From Negaprion brevirostris (lineage: Eukaryota): 64,000 nt of DNA. Where the stretch lies: assembly GCA_030324005.1 (NCBI GenBank), contig JARDVH010000163.1, positions 79,688,225-79,752,224 of the forward strand. Reading direction: 5' to 3'. The translations under genes and the position numbers were made by a program. The notes beneath the pieces were generated by a model that was not told where the DNA came from, did not search any database, and saw only the letters and a list, made by a program, of their open reading frames with translations. Position 1 is the first letter of the stretch. Every line of letters starts with the position of its first letter. This document shows, piece after piece, positions 38,785-52,628 of the stretch.

Positions 38785-40054
38785 CTGTGGAGAGGTGACA
38801 GAGGTTCACAGCGCAGCATGTGTGGCAAGATAGGAAACATGAGAAGGGTGGGGGGGGCCATTCAGCCCAATTTCCATTCTGCCCCTTTATGGCATTTTAA
38901 CTCACTCCATCTGCCTGAGCTCCATGCCCTTAAATGTGCTTGCCTAACCAAAATAATCCAGATCAGGTTGGATTTCAGTGGGCACTCAGCAAATCTGTTG
39001 AGGAAGCAGGTTCCAGATTCCATGTGATTGTGTGACAAAATGTTCCTGAACAGCAAATTTTAAGGTTAGCCCCTTCCCCTTATTCTGATCTCCCTCACCA
39101 GAGGAAATAGTTTCTCCCCATTGACCTTATCAATTCCTTTAATCATCTGAAACACCTCAACTAAACCACGTCTCAATCCCTGTATCGATAGCTGGTTAAA
39201 AGTTTGGGGGAGGAATTCCAGATCTTCATTACTCTCAGTCTCCAAACACCTTGCTCCACTGTTAAGATTGTGGCCATGACAATGGCAATTAGTCAGTGTC
39301 TCCACTGAATGACCCAGCAAGAACACGTGTGATGTCCTGGGGAGCAGTTGTTAGTGACCCTGCCCCTGAGCCAGAAGCTCTGGGCTTGAACTCCACCCCA
39401 GGACCTGATGACCAAGGAAGGTGCATTCATAATGCGGCAAAATAGGTGAAATTTCAACCTGCAAAATCCTTCCAAACACACCAATGGCGGGTGATTAGAG
39501 TGGGAGAGACTCCTGGTCAGCCATGCTTGATGTGGAGTGACGCCCCTCAAGGTATAAGCTTCTAGTGACAGACTAGCAACCTGTTCTGGGAATTACTAGC
39601 TATGAAAACAGAGGAAAGTCTGCCTTACTGTATCAGTGAGTGTGGGAAGAGAATTGGAATTGGAACATGTGAGCAGGGAGAGATGGTAAAAATCTCTCTC
39701 TAGATTAGTCTCCTTTTCTGACACTTACATCTGCAATTCTTCACAGATTAAATGGACAAGGGGTGAGGTTTTTTTTTAACAACAATGATACCCATTTTGT
39801 AGACATCCAGTGTTGATGGCAGCGCATTCAGTGAATCTCTGATTAATGACCAATGTGAATGCCTCAGCCTACCAATGGTTCAATCAGTGAGTGAGTCACA
39901 AAACATTTTGGACTATGCTGTATTGCCTAATGGCTTCATTTTTGTTGATCACCCCTGGCTGGGGACTGTGTCAGTATGCTGCATGGGGTGCATATTATTG
40001 TCTTTCATAATGCTATGCATTGCTAGATATATGAATGAATTGGTGACACTGTTC

Positions 40055-40337
40055 TTTAGTACTGCTGCCTCACAGTGTCAGGGACTCGGATTCGATTCCC
40101 AGCTTCGGTTACTGTCTGTGTGGAGTTTGCATGTTCTCCCCACATTTGCATGGGTTTCCCCTGGTGCTCCTGTTTCCTTCCACAGTCCAAAGATGTGTAG
40201 GTTAGGTTGATTGGCCGTGCTAAATTCTCCCTCAGTGTACCCGAACAGGCGCCAGAGTGTGGTGATCAGGGGATTTTCACAGTAATTTCATTGCAGTGTT
40301 AACATAAGTGTACTTGTGGCACAAATAAATAAACTTT
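40055..40337 (+). mobile_element. V-SINE-type SINE with alternative tail
   Basis: SINE head and body ending in aataaataaacttta instead of the CR1-type tail. Confidence 0.75.
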
Positions 40338-43300
40338 AAAAACTCAGTGGGGGGTGCTCATAGATCATTCATTGTGTTTGGATCAAATCACTCCATTCAC
40401 CTACAAACATCCTGTGGAACTGTTTATTGTACATATTTACTGGGAGGCTATATTTGTGAGGGTAGTTGTATACACCTTACACCTTATATGCGTACAGGCC
40501 TGATATGTATGTGGAAGCTATGGAATGGGCTTGCCTTTGCTTGGCTGGGTCACTTTGCAGTGATTTAACAGCCATTGGCCCAGGAGGGGCTTCTGTTCCT
40601 ATTTGGGAGGTCAACCTGCCTCAGAGATGCCAGCCAATCAAATGATTGGCGGTTCTGTCCCAGAAGCACCAGCAGGAGAAATGGCCACTGCTACAGGCAG
40701 TCCCCGACAGCAAGGAGTCTTATTGTTGGAGACCTGAGATTTTACCAGGGCCAGACCATCAGGTGCAAGATAGGGAGAGGGATGGGGGTTTGGTGGTGGT
40801 GGTTGGTGAGGCAATGGTGGCGCAGGAGGTGGGGGGAAGGGGAGATGCCGTCAGCTGCGCATAGCTTGCCTGAACATGAAGGACCTCTCTCCCTCATCCC
40901 ACAAAACAGCTGCCAGGTTTTGCGTGGCATTGGTGCCCTATGCCTCCTGGTAAAACATTAACAGCAGTGGGAAGAAAGGTAGGCCACCTGCATCTCACCC
41001 TCTGCCGGTCAAACCCAGAGGCAAGCAGTTGATAGATATGGCGCGTCACCATAGCATCCGATTTTATGAACCCCATCCCCAATCAACACATACCAACCCC
41101 ATCCCAGGAGCTTGTAACATTCCACTCATAGTTTCTACACTTATGTATCTTTATAAGAATCGGGAGATACACCAGCCATGAAGAGAGAGCTGTCAGTCTA
41201 GAGGTATTGGGCATGAGACTCGTCAATTGGGTGCTAAACTGCCAATGCAAATCAACTGTGGCTTATTGACAGCCAGAGGTCTCTCTGACAATAGTCCCTC
41301 ACTGCACAACCAGTGTTGGACTTGGGCAGTAAGGTGGGAATTTACCCTGTTATCTCCAGGGCCAACATTGAGATATCGCAAAAGGGAAGAGAAAAGAAAG
41401 TGAACTTGATAAATTGTGTAGAACTACGTGAAATGTACAGCACACAAAGTTGCCATTCAGCACTACTAGTCCATGTACATGTCATCCTACTTCACCTGAC
41501 TTTATCTGATCACATCCCTTTTCCCTTCATGTAATCATCTCGTTTTTTCTGAAAGCATCTGTGAGCAGGAGTAGACCACATAGCCATTGCGTCTGTTCCA
41601 CCATTCAATACAATCATCCATGGCTTCAACTCCACTTTCTCACCCACTCCCCACATCCTTTAATTCCCTGGGAGACCAAAATTCTGCTTTCCCAGCCTTA
41701 AATATATTCAACAATGGAGCATCCACAATCCTTTGGGAAAAGAATTCCAAAGATTTATTGAGTGAAATCATTTCTCTTCATCCAGTCCTCAATGATCGCC
41801 TCCCTTATCCTAAGACCACATCCTGTGTTTTAGATTCACTGCTCAGTGGATACAATTTCTCAATGTCCAATTTATCAGACCCCTTCAGAATTGTATAGCT
41901 TTCAGTGAGATTGCCTCCTTCTTCTAAACTCCAGTGAACAGAAACCCAATGTACTCAGCCTTCCATTCTACAGCAACGCCCTCATCCCTGGGATCAATCT
42001 AATGAACCTAAGCCACTCACCTATGCTGTGTAAAAAGTTCCAGAGTCTCACCACTGTCTGAGTAAAGACGTTTCTCCAAAATTCCCTTATGGATTTATTG
42101 CTCACTATCTAAATATTTATGGCCCACCATTTTGGTGTCCTCTGCAAGAAGAGAAGACTGTCAAGTACTTTGGGACACCTGTATACCAGATCAATCTATT
42201 CCATAATTTCATTGACCTCCACCAGGTCACTTCACAGTCTCTTTCTGGAAGGAAGAACTTTAGCTTGTAAAGAGTAAATCAGATTTCTGCCCCCCTCCCC
42301 ATGGAGGTGGGAATGGGAATGGAAAATAGAATAGTCTGGATTTCTGACTGGAATTTACGATTAGCAGTGCCTTCTTGACTCACGCTATTGATGAGTTGCC
42401 TTTTCATAGGTTGGGAAGGCCTTGAGTGCAAATGCTGCACCAACTCTTCTGAGGTCGGGGTAACCACGGGATCATGGCTATTCTCATATGTTGCTGCAGA
42501 TATTGGAAACCCTGATAAAACCCCCAGGTCTGATTACTTGTGACAACCCACTGAGGAGTCTAGAACACTCTGCCAGGTCAATGTTCAGTATTTTCACACC
42601 TTTAAATGTAGCTATTACATGTTGTATTGTAATGCATTTTTTTAAATGCAGATTCTGATCACAGGGCTTTGTCCTTCAAGGGTAAGTTGACCATTACATT
42701 GATTATTATTGTCATGTTGGCATGCATTACAATACTTTTCCCAATGGAGAAAGAGACAAAACATATTCAAAACTGTAGAAAACGTGTGCTGGGAAACTCT
42801 CCTGTTATGCTTGAACTAAGATTTAAATGTCCAGCAACTTTTAGCTTTGTAAATATTGGCCCCTCTTTTGAATGGTTATAAAGATGCTAAGCACCCACTA
42901 CACTCTATTGATCAATACACAATCTGCTTTGATATGGAAACAAAATACCATCTGTGGCTTAAAGAATAGCTCATCTGGTGTTTCAGTTCCAATGAACTTC
43001 ATTGTTGATATTTCCCAAGATTTGTTTTGATAGCTAGGGCTATTATGAATGCTTGGCTGAGTTTAAAAGGGTCCAGAACCAGTTATCTCAGCAGGGGTGG
43101 TGGGGTGGGGCAGGGTAGAGGGGAGGGGTGGGGGGAGTTGGGGCTGTGTTCACATCTTTATTGGCAGCTTTATGGTGCTAAAAGGATTCAAGTTCTTTCA
43201 CGGTATACGTAGAGAAATGGGTGGGCAAGGTGGCGAGCTGCCTAGAAGTCCATTGAATTCAGTGGGAGGGACCATAAAATTCATCCCTTTGATTTTATAA

Positions 43301-46300
43301 TAGGGTGACCATTTGAGGGAATTTACATTTTTGAATGGTTTTTATGGATGAGAGTTTCATGCAATATCAAATGTCTTTGAATATGACAACTCTAACAGAG
43401 TGTTGGAAGTTTATTTATTTTTGAATGTTCATTTCAAGAACATCCTGACTGCTGACTGATATGGTGATATGAGAGGGCATAGGGTGGCATGAGGTAGCAA
43501 GTTGAGTATGAGGGGTATGGAGGGGAGCAAGGGGGCATGGAGGATCCATGGTGATATGAGAGGACATAGGGTGGCATGGGGTATGAGGGCATAGAAGGAT
43601 CAAGGAGATTGTGAGGGGCCGTGGATAGGGATGGGGAGTTTGAGAGAGCATGGAGATGGTATATGGGTATGAGAGGGCATAGGATGGCATGGGGTATGAG
43701 CTGCACGGAAGGGGCAAGGGGAGTGTGAAGTGGCAGGGAGGAGGCATGGGAGATATGGGGTGGCATGGAGGGAGGGGTGGTGGGAGGAGGGGTGTGGAGT
43801 GGTTGAAGGGTGATTGTTGGGGGCATAAATACGATGTTGGAGAGTTGGGCAAATATTCCAGTGAACCTTTTAACCAGTCCAGCTTGGCACCTGCAATCCT
43901 CCGACACTGCCTCAGGACATGGAAAACCCAAACCCTGCCCACCCACATCTCCAGGAGAGGAAAACAAGGCAGGAAAGGGCTGAGGTGATGGGCCTGGTTT
44001 CCTAAGTCCGGGAACTTGCCCATTCACGTTTCTCGATCTGGAACGAGAATCCAATTGCTTTTGCAGCTCAAACATTTGATGACCAATGATTGGTGGTCTA
44101 TCATCTGATACAGGGTCTTGAGTTTGTAATTCCCCACTTACCACACCTAACTGCACCTAATATATTTTACTGCAGTGCTGGGACAAGGTGGCTCTGTTCA
44201 CTCCCTGGCTCTCACTACATTTAAGAAGAATGAAATAACTTGCATTTGTATGCAAGACATGCCAAAATTATTTTCTTTGAAAAGTGTAGGCACTTGGGGA
44301 TCACGGCAATCAGTTTACACACTACAAACTCCCACAAACAACAATGTAATAAATGACTGCTTTTCAGTCAATGTTGTTCGTGGGGCTAAATGTTAGCCAG
44401 GACACAAGAAAAGCTGCTTCTTTAGTACCATAAGATGTATGGCATCCACCACGGAAGGGAGCTCAGTTAAACAATGCTACATTCCCTCTGTACTGCAATG
44501 GAATGTCAGTCTAGATCTTGTGCACAAGTCTCTGGTTTGGTACCTTCTATACTTTTTTTTATTTATTCATGGGATATGTGTGTGTTGTTGGCTGGGCCAG
44601 CATTTATTGCCATTTGTGAGGGCATTTAAGAGTCAACCACACTGCTACGGTTTTGGAGTCACATGCAGGCAAGACCAGGTAAGGATGGCAGATTTTCTTC
44701 CTGAAGGACATTAGTGAACCAAATGGGTTTTTACGACCATCAACAATGGTTCCCTGGTCATCATTCAACTTTTAATTCCAGATTTTTATTGAATTAAAAT
44801 TTCAAACCCAGGTCCCCAGCGCATGACCCTGCCTCTATGGATTACTAGTCCATTGACAATACCATTATGCCACGACCTCCCATCTAGGATAGAGATAAAG
44901 GTAAGATAAATACTAGTTGACAAGAACATGAAACCCATTGTGGGAGTTGGAGAAGACAGTGGCTGAGTGGTAGTGTCACTGGTAATCTCGAAGCCCAGGC
45001 TAATGCTTTGGGGACACGAGTTTAAATCCAATTATAGAATGCCATATAATGATAGAATACCTCCAATGTAGAGTAGAAGACTTAAGTTACAGACTGGAAC
45101 ACAATGCAGTGATGCAATTGTTTTATCTATAAAGTACCCTTTGCACCCCATCCCTGGGGGAAAAGAATAATCCCATAGCTCCTGGGGAGATGATAACCTC
45201 ATGGGTTTAAGTCCCACCACGACAGGTGGTGGAATTTAAATTCAATTAATAAAATCTGGAATCAAAATCAAATCTGCCATCAATCATCATTAAAAAAAGC
45301 ATCTAAATCAATAATGTCCTTTAGGGAGGGAAATCTGCCATCCTCACCAGGACTGGACTACATGTGATTCCAGATCCACAGCAATATTGTAGACTCTTAA
45401 CTGCCCTCTGAAATGGCCAACAAGCCATTCAGTTCAAAGGCAATTAGGGATGGGTAACAAGTCCTTGTCAGACACTCCCACACCCTCTGAAAGAATAAAT
45501 TTGATTACCATCCCCTCTACATTGTCCTGGAGTTGCATCTTTTGCATTTCTCACTTCCACTAACTATCTGGCCATGTGGGGTGGCCTCTCTGTGTCCCTG
45601 TCTCCCATGCAAATCCCAGTGGCTNNNNNNNNNNTACAGCTGGTCACTCAGTCGGTTTGTCCACCTCAAGTGACCTTGCTCGCTCCATTGCCCATCCCCT
45701 TCCTGCTCTAAGATCACCTTGGAGACCAAGAGGAATCCGAAGCTCTTCTTCAGCAGGTAAAGGATCTCCCCTTTGGCCCCTCCCCAACCCCTAGTGCCCT
45801 ATCACCTTTGTTCAGACCCTTCATTTCACTTCAAACATCACAAATGAGTTTCATCATTTCCACCAATTGAATTGCCCTGTTTGACTTTGAGCTGAGCTTT
45901 GTGCATTATCTAATCCTTGCCTTGTACCATACCCTGCTCCCACCAAGAGCCATTTGGATGACAGGCAAGAAAAGCAAAGTGGTTGGCCAAAATAAAAATA
46001 ACATCATGAGGAAATGGTCTAGCTTTTAGTTTGGTTTGAAACAATGAAAGACAGATGGAGCAAAAGGCAAGAATGGGGAGAGGAAGTGAAGTGATGGGAG
46101 GGAGCTTCAACCCCTCTGTACCCATGGAAACTTCCAGGCTAAACTTCTAAAACTTCTCCTTCAGGTTCAACAACCCAGTTCGATCTGAGACAAACTCCAT
46201 CCTGCCCAGATCTCCATGGCCTGCATCCCATCTTGTACTAACCAGTGGGAATCAACTAAACCATTTGCATTTTTGCAGTGGTGAGTATAAGGGCTTAATT

Positions 46301-47276
46301 GCCAGACTTAGACTATTGGGACTTGGCACATCTCACAATCACAAGATTCAAATCCTCTCATTGGAACCAGCAGCCGTAACTGAGGTGAAATGTTTCAGTA
46401 CGGTATCAGTGTTCCGGTCGGAGTATCAGTATTGCTTTAAGACCTCAATGTTCTATCATATTAAGGATATGGAGCAAAGATGGATAAATGAAATTGAGGT
46501 ACAGGTCACTCTGATATCACTGGAAGTTGGAGTAGGTTTGAGGGGTTAAGTGACCGATCTTGTTCCTGTCGGAATTGCATTGGCTTCCCAAGAGAAACAG
46601 AAGACTTTTCCTGGTATACTGGCCAATATTTAATCCTGAACAAACATCACTGGAATGGGTGTTATTATCNNNNNNNNNNNNNNNNNNNNNNNNNNNNNNN
46701 NNNNNNNNNNNNNNNNNNNNNNNNNNNNNNNNNNNNNNNNNNNNNNNNNNNNNNNNNNNNNNNNNNNNNNNNNNNNNNNNNNNNNNNNNNNNNNNNNNNN
46801 NNNNNNNNNNNNNNNNNNNNNNNNNTGTCATCACAGTGCAGTAAGAATCAGCAGTGAAAGGGAAGGGTGGGGAGGTGCACAGGTCCATTGCTCCCAGGAT
46901 TCTTCACTTCACTTTAACCTCAGTATTGCTACATCTTCGCCAGACTGATTCGGCCATTGTTTCTGAGTCTCCATGTTTTCCCTGACCTTCATGTACTATG
47001 ATAATGTTGCACTGACAATGGTCACACACTGGCATTGGGTATGCACGCTCATTCCTTGAGCCAGAGCCTGTCCTTATTCACTGGTCACAACACCCCACCA
47101 CCCCTGTCACACAGGCCGATGATACCAGCTGTCACCAAGGTAGCAAAGCGAACTTGCTCAAAAAACCACTGACACCATCCCCCGCCCCAATAAAAGAGGG
47201 CACCCAACTGGGGTAAGGCCAAAGCCTCTCCCAGGCCGAAGCCTTCAAAGGAAAGGCCATGACTTCACTGAGGTGG

Positions 47277-47308
<32 letters not shown>
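47277..47308 (+). repeat. (CAA)n microsatellite
   Basis: About 10-11 perfect AAC units. Confidence 0.95.
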
Positions 47309-47320
47309 GAGTAAAGTTAC

Positions 47321-47432
47321 CTCAATTTCTCTCAACAGTTCCGATTGTCCGCACGTTTCTAAATCTTCCAGAGCCTGAGACCAAAAATTGTCTTCCTGGT
47401 CTTGTTCGGGTCCGTTGTGGTTGCTAAGGTAT
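47321..47432 (-). CDS. GRIP2: GRIP2 coding exon (linker, [11 protein letters not shown] motif)
   Basis: [37 protein letters not shown]. Acceptor ttaaacag, donor GAG|gtaac, 112 nt, phase 2 to 0. See the finding on an upstream in-frame acceptor. Confidence 0.9.
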
Positions 47433-48019
47433 CTGTTTAACGTACGAACCAAAGTGTCAGTATCTTCAACTCTATGCCTTCAGCAGCATGGGGCAAAGGT
47501 CACGCTTCTCTTACTGTCTGAACTGAATCGGGAGTGAGGAGGCAGTGGGCAGCTGAGGGGAGGGTGGGGGGAGCAGGATGGAAAATGCCAGTCTTCACAT
47601 TTGGACACACAGAAAAGGAAATGGACAAGGGAAAGGGAAGGGAAAAGAGTGAGGGAAAGATACTCTCATCGGATTCTGGAGTCAGGCACATGCAGTGCGG
47701 CCAAAGGTGAGGCCTTTCAGCGGGGAGAGACACTCGGGGAACAAAACAGGAGAAGCAAAAGAGATCGGCTGAAAAAAAAGGCATTGTGAGGAAATGGTGG
47801 AGGCTTTCAGGTGAAACATAGANNNNNNNNNNTGGGGAGGGAAGGGGATGTGGTGGGTGGAGCCTCCCAGACGTATAGTTAAGAAGGCTGATGGGAAAAT
47901 GCTCAGAGTTGAGACACAGACAACCTGGGAAGAGAAAAAAACAAAGACTATGTGACAGACAACAGGGCGAAGGGAGGAGAAACAATGAGGACTGTGAGCT
48001 ATCACATTCACAAATATTC

Positions 48020-48260
48020 ACACCCACACACAGGCACACCTACACACACCCCCCCACACACACCTACACACCCCCCCCCCACACACNNNNNNNNNNNNNN
48101 NNNNNNNNNNNNNNNNNNNNNNNNNNNNNNNNNNNNNNNNNNNNNNCACACACACACACAAACCCCCCCACACACACACACACACATCCACACACACACA
48201 CACACACACACCCCCACACACACACACACACCTCCCCCACACACCCACTCTCACACACAT
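48020..48260 (+). repeat. (CA)n/C-rich simple repeat with gap
   Basis: cacacacac and cccccca runs. Confidence 0.9.
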
Positions 48261-50201
48261 TAAACTACAAGATGTGTCATCAGTAATGAGATACATACAT
48301 TGAGGGAGGGGGAGGTTAAGCAGTGTAGGAAGGTGAGTACCTGGTCTTGCTGTGCAATGACTATTCATTGTTACTCTCTTTAATATTTAAAGATTGGACG
48401 CACATAGTTTTCCCTTTTTAAGCTTCAGTACTCTGGGATTTTTTTTGTCTTTCCATCTTCTCATTGCTTTTAAGTCACTTTGCTTCCCTCCCTTGTTTCC
48501 CTTCCTCTCTTCATCCTCACAGGCCCATGGCTGTAAACCAGCCCATCAATCTCCTATTTCAAAAATTGGAATTGCACACTAAATGTTGCAATTTTCTGTT
48601 AAAAGGCTGAGCTATGCTGCTCTCAAACCTGCCCTACTCCCTCACACTCGATTGTCATGTCATTCTCCGAGCAGCAGTTCTAGCAACCACCACCCCACCA
48701 CCCGCCCCCATCCTGTCTCCATCACCCTCTTCTTTTCTTGGATCTAATGGGGCCTTGGCCCTCCCTGCCCGTGGACCCCACCGTGTGAACACCTCAACAT
48801 AGAGTACATGGCCTGGGTCAGATACTCTGTTGGAGAGTCGGTGTAGACTCGATGGGCTGAATGGCCTCTTTCTGCTTTGTAGAGGTTCTATGATTCTATG
48901 AATTCTCCCAGTGAATTCTTCAGCCACAGAGATCAGAAGGCCGGAAAGTTCCACCCCACAACCTGTACTGATCAGCCGACAACGGGAGTCAGAATGTCTG
49001 GTATCAGTAACTCTCTGCGTTATGGAGGGAAGAATGAGTAAAGCCAGGACAGAAGTGAGCTGTGATGCCTTCTGCGGTTAAGCAGCTCAACCACACTCAG
49101 TTAAAGCTCAATGTGAAGTAGATCTATTGCATCCCCGAGAAGGAAATCAGCAGGGAATGTTNNNNNNNNNNNNNNNNNNNNNNNNNNNNNNNNNNNNNNN
49201 NNNNNNNNNNNNNNNNNNNNNNNNNNNNNNNNNNNNNNNNNNNNNNNNNNNNNNNNNNNNNGGAAATCAGCAGGGAATGTTTATGTCAGGGGAAGGGAAG
49301 GAGGGGGAACTCATCCTCTGCCATTTCCTCCCTTTCCCCTGCAGAGATTGGGGGGGGGGCATCCAATCACCGCTGGCATCACTTGCTGTATTTAAGATGA
49401 AGGATCCAGTGGTTCAGTTCCACTGCTCTGTGAAACATCAGCTTGTGGACCATCATCACAATCCACAACCCGGATTCAAAAAGCTGATAAAAGATCATCA
49501 GCTTCATCCTTTTCCCTGAACGATGTCATCCCACCCTATCCCCAGGCACAAAACCCAACTACTTACACTGCGGGATAGGGGTCTTCACTCTCTGAATGAT
49601 TTGCATGCTCCACACATGTAAGCTTGAAGCTGTTTGGTTCTGGGTGAAGCATGAGATTGTAAAATGGCAGACAGGAGGTGCTATGTATGGTCACCTGCTC
49701 TCATGTACTGCCACCCCCTTAAATATTGCACCAGCTCATTTTTACCCCAAACTCAACTGTGACTTAGGACCGAGTGCCTAATTCCAAAATTAATTCTCTC
49801 ATAGGGTTTGTCGGGATGAGGAAGCTGTATATCATTTGAAGAATTGTGGAAGATTGCAGGGGGTGGGTAAACACTCTGTTAGTAACCATCCTCCACACGT
49901 TTGCAGGAAGATCACAATAGAACGCAAATTCAGAATTATGAGGATGGCAGTGACTGGGATAAATGTGCTCTTCAGTACCTGATGCAGGCAGTAACACTCA
50001 GTGGATATGTGAAGATAACTTCATGCGACATTGTTGCACATTAATTAGCTTCCCACAGAGAGGTACCCGGGGAGCGGGCTACAGGACATCATCTTACTAT
50101 TGAATCAGGCAGCCGCTGGTTTGCTTTGGGTCACTGAACCATAGAAACAAGTAACTTGTGGAAACTTTTCAAAAATATTTTGTGTCTTAAGGCAGGGTTA
50201 A

Positions 50202-50548
50202 ACAGTGGTTAGCATTGCTGCCTCACAGCACCTGGGACCCAGATTCAATTCTGGCCTTGGGTGACTGTGTGGAGTTTATACATTCTCCCCGTGGGCATGA
50301 ATGTTCTCTGGGTGCTCTAGTTTCTGCACTCACTTCAAATATGTGTAAGTTAGGGCCATGATTTTAAAAAAAATGCCCCTTTGGGTCCTAAGACGTGTAG
50401 ATAGGTGGATCAACCATGGTAAATGCGCAAGGGTTACAGAGATAGGATGGGAGGATGGACCTGGGTATGATGCTCTGTTGGAGGGTCAGTGCAGACTCAA
50501 TGGCCTGAATGGCTTCCTTCTGCACTGTAGGGATTTAATGATTCAATG
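50202..50548 (+). mobile_element. HE1-type SINE
   Basis: Head, body and tail. Confidence 0.8.
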
Positions 50549-50929
50549 AAGGATCTTTTGGAGTGGAATACACCAGTAATGAAGCACATTCAACTTTCCT
50601 TCCACTAAATTAACTAAAGGAGGATCAGATGGACTCTGCTCATGGTGTCCAACACTTCAGCACATCTGATTCCTGTCTACCTGGAAGCTACTGAACAAAT
50701 ATTTACTCCACAGGAACTACAAGGGAGTCTACATGAGAAACAAACATCCAAGTGATTAAATGGGAAGGGGGGCGGTGATCATTTCTTGGCTCCAGTGGAA
50801 AAAAATGAAGGCACTTTTGGTGGGAAATGCGGATGGAGAACATAGGTCGTGTTGTTTTGGCAAATGGATGGTTCATTTGCCTTGGATGGAAAAGTTTTTA
50901 ACCCTATTTCCCCCATCACCCCTGAAACA

Positions 50930-51650
50930 CTGCCAGTGTTACAAACAATACCAGGAAATAGGTGCAATATGTGGGAGTTGTTGGAGACACCACGTCTCTG
51001 GAAAGTCCACATCTGCACCAAATGTCTGGGGTTTCAGCGTTTGAGGGCCTGGGTTAGGCAATTAGAGCTGAGGCTGGAGGATTTATTTTTAGTCAGGGAG
51101 AATGAGGCGATAATGAATAGGGACTACAGTCACCTGGAGGTCCCAGAGCCTGGGAGGGGCAGGGGGGCCGCGGATGGGTGGGTTACCGTTAGGAAGGGAA
51201 AAAGAAGAGGAGTCATGGTCCAAAGGCTACCGCAGAGGTAGTCCCCCAAAATATCCGGGGTAAGGCAACAACTAGGGTACAAAGGGCAAGACAGGACGAC
51301 CAGAATGCCTCAGAGGGAAGGAAGGGGGCTGGATGTGAGATGGTGGTGGGGGATGGGAGGGTTAGAGGAATTNNNNNNNNNNNNNNNNNNNNNNNNNNNN
51401 NNNNNNNNNNNNNNNNNNNNNNNNNNNNNNNNNNNNNNNNNNNNNNNNNNNNNNNNNNNNNNNNNNNNNNNNNNNNAAGTAATAAATTGTCCCTAAATTA
51501 GTTTCCCTCAATGTGGATTGCCATAAAAACAATAGATAAGGGTCATGGGTGGAGGGGGGGACTGGTAATATTAAAATGGCAGCGCGGGCTCGTTGGGCCG
51601 AAGGGCCTGTTTCCCAGGCTGTTTTTGTTCTTTGTTCTTTTTGTTCTTTG
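50930..51650 (+). mobile_element. CR1 LINE with ORF1 N-terminus and 3' tail flanking a gap
   Basis: CNMWE..HICTKC..LRAWVRQLELRLEDL..RENE..WVTVRKGK matches the CR1 ORF1 zinc-finger/leucine-zipper pattern. A CR1 tail gggccgaagggcctgtt..(gttcttt)n lies at 51575-51650. Confidence 0.7.
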
Positions 51651-51819
51651 AAAGCTTATCAGAGTAACTGCATGCTGTGCCTTTATATAATTCTTGGGCA
51701 CCAAGTAACATTCAACCTGAGGAACCATCAAAACCAGCTGCAGAAATCAGTAGACATTTCCTTTTATTTACCTAAATGATCCGAGACCATACCATCATCT
51801 TGAATTGTGACTTGGTAGG

Positions 51820-52628
51820 TGTGATGATACTGTGTCTTTAAGAAATATATTTATATCATGTTTCTTGTATGGGGTAGGTTTAAAATTCAACTCTGTTTTC
51901 TATGGTGCCGATTTGTCTACAAAATTAGCCAGTTGACAATGCAGGATAATGACAGATTTTGGCTAGGGATGTGTTTCTTTAAACAGAGTGAATGCATTTT
52001 TGTTTACTTAGGTACCTCTTAGGGTTTCAGAGTAGAGTTTTGATTGGGTTGATTGACAAGAGACAGTCATATGCTAATGGGATGAGCTAAACTTGCAGTG
52101 AAGATATACAGCTTCTCTTTTATTTTAAAACATCCAGTCAGTCTGTTCTGGCTGGACCTGAAAGAGGCAAGAGGTGTGTTTCAGTCTCTGTGGAGGCTGC
52201 TATTTGGGGCTGTCAGAAGACAGGTGTTGCTCTGCCTATCTTTTCAGAGGTGTTCAAATGGCTCTAAGACTGTTAACAAGTACAAGCACATAAGCTTGTG
52301 CATTGCTAACTGACTCTGAAGAGGAGTTTTTACATCTATAAGAAGAAAATTGGTCAAATTGGAATTCACAGGGACAGGTTAGCAGCTAAGAGCTGCACCT
52401 TGTCATGTTTAAGCATTGTTCAATTGGTAAACGTTAAGCTATTTCATTTGTTATAGTTAAACTGTATTGTTAAATAAAGTTTGTTTTGATAAAAGTTTCC
52501 TAGTGTGTCAATAGAATCACACCTGGAGTGAAACACTTTATCCTCACATTAATGCTAAAATAACAAATAGTTGGGGTCTAGTCTAACTTTATACTATATC
52601 TTGCGGTTTTTGATCTTGTACCCTAACA
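51820..52628 (+). mobile_element. Solo LTR (809 bp) with 5-bp target-site duplication
   Basis: Begins TG(tgatg) and ends (taa)CA, flanked by identical GTAGG at 51815-51819 and 52629-52633, with an internal AATAAA at about 52473. Confidence 0.8.

Noticed and set aside
43415-44156. Pro/His-rich 200-240 aa minus-strand ORFs
   Set aside because: Low-complexity degenerate purine-rich repeats inside a probable non-autonomous transposon; no GRIP similarity or convincing splice context.
49142-49281. Direct repeat ggaaatcagcagggaatgtt on both sides of a gap
   Set aside because: Likely assembly overlap; it could be a TSD of an unassembled insertion, but that is untestable here.
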